64,000 nucleotides of DNA from Saccostrea cucullata (taxonomy: Eukaryota): the NCBI RefSeq assembly GCF_032062105.1, contig NW_026932050.1, positions 248,001 to 312,000 of the forward strand, given 5' to 3'. Each line of letters begins with the position of its first letter. Position 1 is the first letter of the stretch. The translations under genes and the position numbers were made by a program. The notes under the pieces are model-generated. The model saw only the letters and a list, made by a program, of their open reading frames with translations. It made no database searches and was not told the origin of the DNA. Positions 26,201-35,200 of this stretch are shown in pieces.

Positions 26201-29200
26201 TATAAACCAACCAGGAAGGGACTGGAATGAGGAAATAGCATCAGCTCATAGGGTATGTATCAAAATCTATCTATTCAGCTCATACGGTACGCATCAGAAC
26301 CCTCTATAGCATTAGCTCATAGGGTACGTATCAAACCCTTAGTATAGCATCAGCTCATAGGGTACGTATCAGAACCCTCTATAGCATTAGCTCATAGGGT
26401 ACATATCAAACCGTTAGTATAGCATCAGCTCATAGGGTATGTATCAAAACCTTCTATAGCATCAGCTCATAGGGTAGGTATCAAAACCTTCTATAGCATC
26501 AGCTCATAGGGTATGTATCAAAACCTATAAATTAAGCTAATAGGGTACCTCTGCTCATACCGGTAGCTTAGTTTGTGTATCAAAACCTTCAACAGCTTAT
26601 AGAATATAAATTAAAACCTTCATCTGCTCATAGGGTACATACACATTTCAAAAACTTCTATAAGATTTGGTCATCGAGTATTTGCATCTTACAACTTCTA
26701 CTTTAATTGTAAGAGCATGAGTCAGGATAACAAAGGAAAGCCCTTAACAATTTGTAGAAAACATCTAAAAATTTCTATGAAATATGACCAAGCTGTTTAT
26801 GTTTTGTAGCATTATGGTAAGGATAAGTCTGAGCTGGAGGCGATGGTGTGGTACCTGACGTGTGTGAAGCAGTTCCCTCTGTATGGCTGTACGCTATTCC
26901 ATATCCTCAACAAAGGAATGTGGCACCACATGGGGGACGTGTACCTCGCCATCAACATGGACGGCCTCAAGTTCGTACGCGGCAAGGACAAGAATGTCAT
27001 GCATGGATTTATGTACTCTGAGATCGAGTCCATCACCATGGATCCTAACGATAACTACATGACTGTGGAGCTGAAGAATGAGGTCATCTGTCAACAGAGA
27101 TGTTTCATGTTTGAGACCAATCAGAAGGAAGATATTGGTCACCTGATTGCAAGCTATTCCCCAGGCCATGCCTCCTGGCTCAAACCAGAATATGAGAGTC
27201 TTAAGAAAAAGGTCAGATAATTATGTTAAAAGTTCTTAACTGAAACAGGGTGTAAGAGCTAGAAGTATACATGTGTTTGTAGTTAAGAAATTATATCTTT
27301 TTAAATGAATTTTATTTTTAAAGATTTTCTTGCTTTTGTACAAGTTTAGCATGTGCTTCTTTAGTTTATGAATTCTTGCATTATGAGGGTATTGCTTATT
27401 TATTTAAAAAAAATTCATCATGATGGAGAAAGATTGACCCTTTTTAGTGAGACATTTATTTCGTTAATTTCCAGAATAAGATGACAGATGATGAGAAGTT
27501 AAAGCTGTATGAGGAGTTGGTTCGTTGTCGTCGAGCGTTATCTGACAGTCGACTCTTACGTCCAGCCCAGGCTCACCACCATGCCAACTTCCTCAAGCAG
27601 TCAATCAGGAGGTAGGCAAAGCCAGGGGGCTGGTGTTAAACTCACAGAAAATACCCCCAAAGGCATTAAAATTTCAAAAGCTTCAAGTATAACAAGAGAG
27701 TTTTATTCCTTTGGAGGAAATACCAGTACTCCCCAAAGCATTAACATGTCAAAGGCTTCATTGTATATCTCAGTGCATAGTCTTGCTTTCGTTGACAGCA
27801 TGCTATATATGCACCACTGTCTTTCAATACTTTCAGTACTTTGATTTTTTTAATTGAGTATAGGCTGACCAAGTCTAAGATGGAGAGACTGCGGAGTTCC
27901 ACGATGGCCATCGGCCAGTTTGACGTCAGTTACTGGTCATTCAGTAAGTCGTGTATCAAACAGGCCCTCACGATCCTGGACCCTCAGATGGAGGAGCAGG
28001 CCATCAAAATGTTCTCCTCAATCCTCATTTACTCAGGACTCGAGGAGCCAGGTGAGACATCAATTCCTTCATTAAAAAAACTTCAAATGCACACAATTAA
28101 TATGGAAAAAAAATTTAAGACTTGTTGTTTACCATATGTACCTTATTTATGAGAGTAGCATGCTCCAATGTAATATTTTAGTTCTTTTACGCAATTATGT
28201 GAATGATGAATGTTTAATGTATTCTGATCTTTTTTTCTTAAAAATCTGTTGAAATTCTTTCTTTTAAACTCACTTGTCTTTTAAAGAAAAGGTAAGTAAT
28301 TAAAATGCAATGTTTTTTTTTATGGTCTTATAAGGAGCATATTTTTTATTTATTGAATATATTGCAGCAAGACACTTTCATATTGGTAGCATATTTGACT
28401 CAGGTAATCAGGTTGTTGTTTTGTTACCATAGCAACTGGTTAACGGTACACATACTAACCCTGCCGTTGTCAAGGTGATGGGTTCCCTGCCATCAACAGA
28501 AATTAGAGTCTAATCACAAATAGCTTTGCTATATTGATAGCGCTAGATAATTAACTGTAATTAGCCATTAATCAGAATTACACTGAATTTTAGTGGAGGT
28601 CATTCAACGAATCTTGTGTGGTAAGTAGAGGTGGGGTCATGACCTTACCAAGGGGAGATAATCCACTTCTGGGTTCAGTTTGCTTCTTTGTATACTTTCT
28701 TTTTCTGATGCTGAAAAAAATTAACGAAATCATCGAATGTGATTAAGCCTAAACATAATTAAAATTTTCAGCATGATACTCAAACCATCATGAATTTTTT
28801 TTAAAAAATCTTTAATCCATACTAGTTTGAATAATGTAATTCATATGATTGACATTTTACATAAATTAAAACTAACATCCATAGAAATATTTTGTGAGGA
28901 AAATGATCATCTTGAATGGTTTGAAATCATGATAAATTAACAGTTGGGGATTGGAGATATGTATTGGTTTTAGGTGGCTTTTTTTTTCTTACTCTACATG
29001 TAATAGTAAAACTATAGTAGATTAGGCTTACTTTGTATCATGTTTAAATATTATATCCTGTAATTCATATAATGGTACAATAATTAATTAATTATAGAGA
29101 AGGCTGCAAGATTATATATGTATTTATTGAATTATTTATCAAATGATAATGTAAGACCATAGTATACTAAATTGGAAATACGTAGCAAGAGGTGGTTTGA

Positions 29201-32200
29201 ATTATTAAAGTATAGCACTTCAGTAAAAAATGTTTGATTGTATTTAAGAATTGTCATTTTTAACAAATGTTTACAACTTTTCATTAGTTGATGTGGGTTT
29301 TTTTTTTTAAATGAATTCACTGACTCACAGTTTGTTTTACAATTTGTTTACAATTCATTTCAAAGCTTTCTATTCACTATTAACAAAGTTTGGGTTGTGA
29401 AAAAGTAATACACATGTACCTTATTCAAATTTCATTTTCTCATAATTTGTATCTCTTGTATGTCATATTTTTTTTATTTCATTCATTTCTCTTTGATTTA
29501 CAATCTGAAGTATTTAAAAAGCAGTTTTGCCTGATAGTTATGTACGATAACTATTGCCTGTTTCAGGTAAAGATGAGAAGCCAGATATGACCTCACTCAT
29601 CCAGAACGCAATCCACAAATGTATGGACAGTGATCAGCTGTGTAACGAGTTTTATCTCCAACTCATCAAACAGACCACAGATCACCCAGGTAACGAGTTC
29701 TATCACACACTTATTAAACAGACCACAGATCACCCAGGTAACGAGTTCTATCTCACACTCATCAAACAGACCACAGATCACCCAGGTAATGAGTTCTATC
29801 TCACACTCATCAAACAGACCACAGATCACCCAGGTAACGAGTTCTATCTCACACTCATCAAACAGACCACAGATCACCCAGGTAACAAGTTCTATCTCAC
29901 ACTCATTAAACAGACCACAGATCACCCATGTAACGAGTTCTATCTCAAACTCACAGATCACCCAGGTTACAAGTTCTATCTCACACTCATCAAACAGACC
30001 ACAGATCACCCAGGTAACGAGTTCTATCTCACACTCAGTAAACAGACCACAGATCACCCAGGTAACGAGTTCTGTCTCAAACTCACAGATCACCCAGGTA
30101 ACAAGTTCTATCTCACACTCATCAAACAGACCACAGATCACCCAGGTAAAGAGTTCTATCTCACACTCATTAAACAGACCACAGATCACCCAGGTAACAA
30201 GTTCTATCTAACACTCATCAAACAGACCACAGATCACCCAGGTAACAAATTCTATCTCACACTCATTAAACAGACCACAGATCACCCATGTAACGAGTTC
30301 TATCTCAAACTCACAGATCACCCAGGTAACAAGTTCTATCTCACACTCATCAAACAGACCACAGATCACCCAGGTAACGAGTTCTATCTCACACTCATTA
30401 AACAGACCACAGATCACCCAGGTAACGAGTTCTATCTCAAACTCACAGATCACCCAGGTAACAAGTTCTATCTCACACTCATCAAACAGACCACAGATCA
30501 CCCAGGTAAAGAGTTCTATCTCACACTCATTAAACAGACCACAGATCACCCAGGTAACAAGTTCTATCTCACACTCATCAAACAGACCACAGATCACCCA
30601 TGTAAAGAGTTCTATCTCACACTCATCAAATCAGGTAACAAGTTCTATCTCACACTCATCAAACAGACCACAGATCACCCAGGTAACGAGTTCTATCTCC
30701 AGCTCATTAAACAGACCACAGATCACCCAGATCTCACACTCATCAAACAGACCACAGATCACCCAGGTAACGAGTTCTATCTCACACTCATAAGACAGAC
30801 CACACATCACCGAGGTAACGAGTTCTATCTCACACTCATCAAACAGACCACAGATCACCCAGTTCTATCTCACACTCATCAAACAGACCACAGATCACCA
30901 AGGTAACGAGTTCTATCTCAGACTCATCAAACAGACCACAGATCACCCAGGTAACGAGTTCTATCTCAAACTCAGTAAACAGACCACAGATAACCCAGGT
31001 AACGAGTTCTATCTCCAGCTCATTAAACAGACCACAGATCACCCAGGTAACGAGTTCTATCTCACACTCATCAAACAGACCACAGATCACCCAGGTAACG
31101 AGTTCTATCTCACACTCATCAAACATACCACAGATCACCCAGGTAACGAGTTCTATCTCACACTCATCAAACAGACCACAGATCACCCAGGTAATGAGTT
31201 CTATCTCACACTCATCAAACAGACCACAGATCACCCAGGTAACGAGTTCTATCTCACACTCATTAAACAGACCACAGATCACCCAGGTAACGAGTTCTAT
31301 CTCACATTCATCAAACAGACCACAGATCACCCAGGTAACGAGTTCTATCTCCAGCTCATTAAACAGACCACAGATCACCCAGGTAAACAGATCACCCAGG
31401 TAACAAGTTCTATCTCACACTCATCAAACAGACCACAGATCACCCAGGTAAAGAGTTCTATCTCACACTCATCAAACAGACCACAGATCACCCAGGTAAC
31501 GAGTTCTATCTCACACTCATCAAACAGACCACAGATCACCCAGGTAACAAGTTCTATCTCAAACTCATTAAACAGACCACAGATCACCCAGGTAACGAGT
31601 TCTATCTCACACTCATTAAACAGACCACACATCACCCAGGTAAAGAGTTCTATCTCACACTCATTAAACAGACCACAGATCACCCAGGTAACGAGTTCTA
31701 TCTCACACTCATTAAACAGACCACAGATCACCCATGTAACGAGTTCTATCTCACACTCATTAAACAGACCACAGATCACCCAGATAAAGAGTTCTATCTC
31801 ACACTCATCAAACAGACCACAGATCACCCAGGTAACGAGTTCTATCTCCAGCTCATTAAACAGACCACAGATCACCCAGGTAACGAGTTCTATCTCAAAC
31901 TCACAGATCACCCAGGTAACAAGTTCTATCTCACACTCATCAAACAGACCACAGATCACCCAGGTAACGAGTTCTATCTCACACTCATCAAACAGACCAC
32001 AGATCACCCAGGTAACGAGTTCCATCTCCAGCTCATTAAACAGACCACAGATCACCCAGGTAACAAGTTCTATCTCACACTCATCAAATCAGGTAACAAG
32101 TTCTATCTCAAACCACATATCACCTAGGTAACAAGTCTGATTTACCTTGGTAATGGGTCTACTCTTAATCAGTTAGGTATTCTCAATTGAAATTTAAAGA

Positions 32201-35200
32201 GAGAGAATATACCAGAGAAAATTTACCTGTATTTGACTTTAATTTGAGTGATTTGAATATTCCATTGGTTACAGACCCTAACAGCGTGGTGAACAAGAAG
32301 AACTGGCAGTTGATGGCGGTGGCCTGTAGCAGTCTGACCCCCACCCACAGTCGCCTCCAGAAGTACCTCCTCTGTCACCTCCGAAAGTGTTCCCTAGACT
32401 CCACCTCCGAGGAGGGGAAATTCGCCAGGTTCTGTCACAAGGCAAGTTTAAAAATAGAATATTCTCAAGTTTTCCAGGTTCTGTCACAAGGCAAGTCTAT
32501 AAATAAAACATTCTCCAGTCACAAGGCAAGTCTATACATAGAAAATTCTTATTGGAAGGGATACTCTACATACTATTTTCACTGAAATTATTAAAAGAAA
32601 TTCTTTTGCTTTTTCAGTGCTTTACCCGAACTGCTGAACAGAAGAGAAGGAAGTTTCCTCCATCACAGAAGGAGATTCAGTGCCTGACTGAGAGGTAGGG
32701 CACCAGTTTATTACGTAAAGCGGGTATTAGTCAAGATCATAGTGCCCCACCTTTTTTCTTAGTTTGATCTTCCTAAAACTGACTGCTCAATAAGTCACTA
32801 AATGTCAAATGGTGGATACAGAATTCATGTTTCTGTTATAATCAATTTTTAATAAAAACTTATTTGAATTTAAACATAAAATGTATTTTAGAAATAAACA
32901 TTGAATTCCCTAAGAAGTAGAAAATATTGAGCATAATGAAAAGTGGTAAGGAAGGTTGCTTTATGTTTCATTTACAGGCGACCAATCTTTGAAAAGGTGT
33001 TTTTCTTAAATGGGGAGAACAGAAGTGTAGAGTTTGACTCGGCCTCCACCTGTGGAGAGGTGAGAACCCTTTCTCTTACTTATTCCTACATTTAATTACA
33101 TGGTCCTTTTTTCCTTTTAACCAAACTTAACATTCTATTACATGTACTTACGAGGGGCGTTCAATAAATAATGTCATCGATGTTAAAAAAATAACTCAAG
33201 AAAATATTTTCATTTATTTTTTTTAATAGTTCCCTTCAAAATACTCTCCTTTAACAGATACACATAACTTTAGCCGTTTTATCCAAGCTTTGAATGCATT
33301 TATATACTGCTTTTTGGGTATGGTGTTCATGAACTGATGAATGGCAGAACCCAAGGCATTCCTTGAAGCATATCTTCTTCCTGACAAGTGCTTTTTCAAT
33401 TTGGGGAAAAGGAAAAAGTCACAGGGAACCAAATCTGGTGAATAGGGGGGGTGGGGTAAAACATGAATCTTTTCTTTCTCTAAAAATGACGTCACAATCT
33501 TGGATTTATGTGCTGGGGCGTTGTCATGAAGGAGTCGAATGTTGCGGATTCCAGACTTTGGTCTCTTTCTTTCATAGTGTTTCTTAACTTTCTTTAGCAC
33601 ATTATTTTTATATACATGCCCGGTGATTGATCGTCCTTTTGGAATGGCAACCTGAACCACAGGACCTTCACTATTGAAGAAAATTGCGTACAATACTTTC
33701 TTAGTACTTAGACACCTCTTTGCGATAACAGGACGTTTTGCTTTTTTAGTCAACCACATCTTGTTATCAATTTTCCTCTGAGGTTCAAAATAATGTATCC
33801 ATGTTTCATCACCTGTAACTATTTCAGAAAATCGTCGTGCATCACATTTTTTGTAGATTTTAAGTAATTTTTGAGACATTTCAACACGTAATCGTTTTTG
33901 CTTTTCTGTTAAAAGATGGGGTATCCATCGTGCACTAACCTTCCTGAGACCAAGATGTTTCTTTAAAATTGTGAAAACTGTCCCCGATGAAATACCTACT
34001 AAATTTGCTATCTCCTTAATGGTTAATCGAGCATCATTAGTGATGATTTTGTTTATTTTTGCAAGTATTGCATCGGTTGAAGCAGTTCGAGGTGGTCCAG
34101 GACGTTGCTTATCCTTAACGTCTGTTTGTCCGTGTTTGAATCTACTCACCCACCTGAAAACTTGTCTCAATGACATACACTTGTTACCATACACATCACA
34201 TAATTCCTTGAAAATTTCTTTTGAGTCTTTACCAAGTCCGACACATGTTTTGATGTAGCCTCTAATTTCCTTATTGGAAGATGACTTCAGTCATATTTTC
34301 ACAGGTCATGATTTCAAGAGAGTATGCGGTGATGAAACGTGGTCAGATAAACGGCCATAAATAGATTATAGACCAAATCATGCGTGGAAAAAAATCTAAA
34401 GATCAACTGAACCCTGAATTTTATGGAATCTGATTGATGACATTATTTATTGAACGCCCCTCGTAGATCAATATGTGATAGTACATTGTCTTATTTGTTT
34501 TCACAGCTGATCAAGACAGTGAAAGCCAAGATAGGAATGAGATCTGATGCGGAGTGTTTCTCTCTGTATGAGATAGGGCCATCAGGTATAACACCCAGAA
34601 CTGTAAATGTTTCAAAGTAAATGTGATAGAAATTATTACAGGTGATAAATGTAATAGAACCATTACATATAAAGGAGGAAGTGTAACACTTTCTATTACA
34701 TGACAAACTAAATTTCACATAACATATTATATGTAATGGAAAATGTAAATAAATTTATATGTTGCAGAGTGACTGTAAATTTAACAGTCCATCACATGTA
34801 ATTGACAAATAAACATTACATCTTTTGTTTTATTTCTTGTGCTCTGTAATAGTACATGTATAAATGTTTTGGTAATTTAAAGCTTGTATGAAATGTTTTG
34901 TAACAGAGAGGCACATGGCACACGATGAGAGGCTGTCAGACATGCTCAGTAAATGGGAGAGGCTTGGGAGGGGATTCGGAAAGGAGCAGAAAATGTTATT
35001 TAAGGTAACACACCCTGACTGTATATGTCATAAAGTGTTTTTCTTTATGAAACTTAAAACTTTTATTTCACTCAAGGCCTCACATGAGGCATAAGAGTAC
35101 AAACACAATATAAACATTTAAAACTAGTCAACAAAAATAGGTACAAACATGTATACAAGAGTTACAGGTATGGGAAGATAATACTGTATACTGGTTATTT

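Noticed and set aside
29593-32055. Minus-strand ([16 protein letters not shown])n and alternative-frame ([16 protein letters not shown])n ORFs
   Set aside because: Shadow frames of a 48-bp repeat. Only the NEFYL frame is continuous with a real exon.
21898-32132. CRISPR-like or prokaryotic repeat-array interpretation
   Set aside because: Units are head-to-tail with no unique spacers and no cas genes. The context is spliceosomal and eukaryotic.
29689-32274. De novo intron gain by tandem duplication of an AG|GT proto-splice site
   Set aside because: The intron ends in about 140 bp of unique sequence with its own acceptor (ttacag|AC), not at a repeat AG. The arrays expanded a pre-existing intron.
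32421-32434. GT donor at gccag|gttctg instead of the GC donor
   Set aside because: It is phase 2 and would put the conserved RKFPPS exon out of frame.
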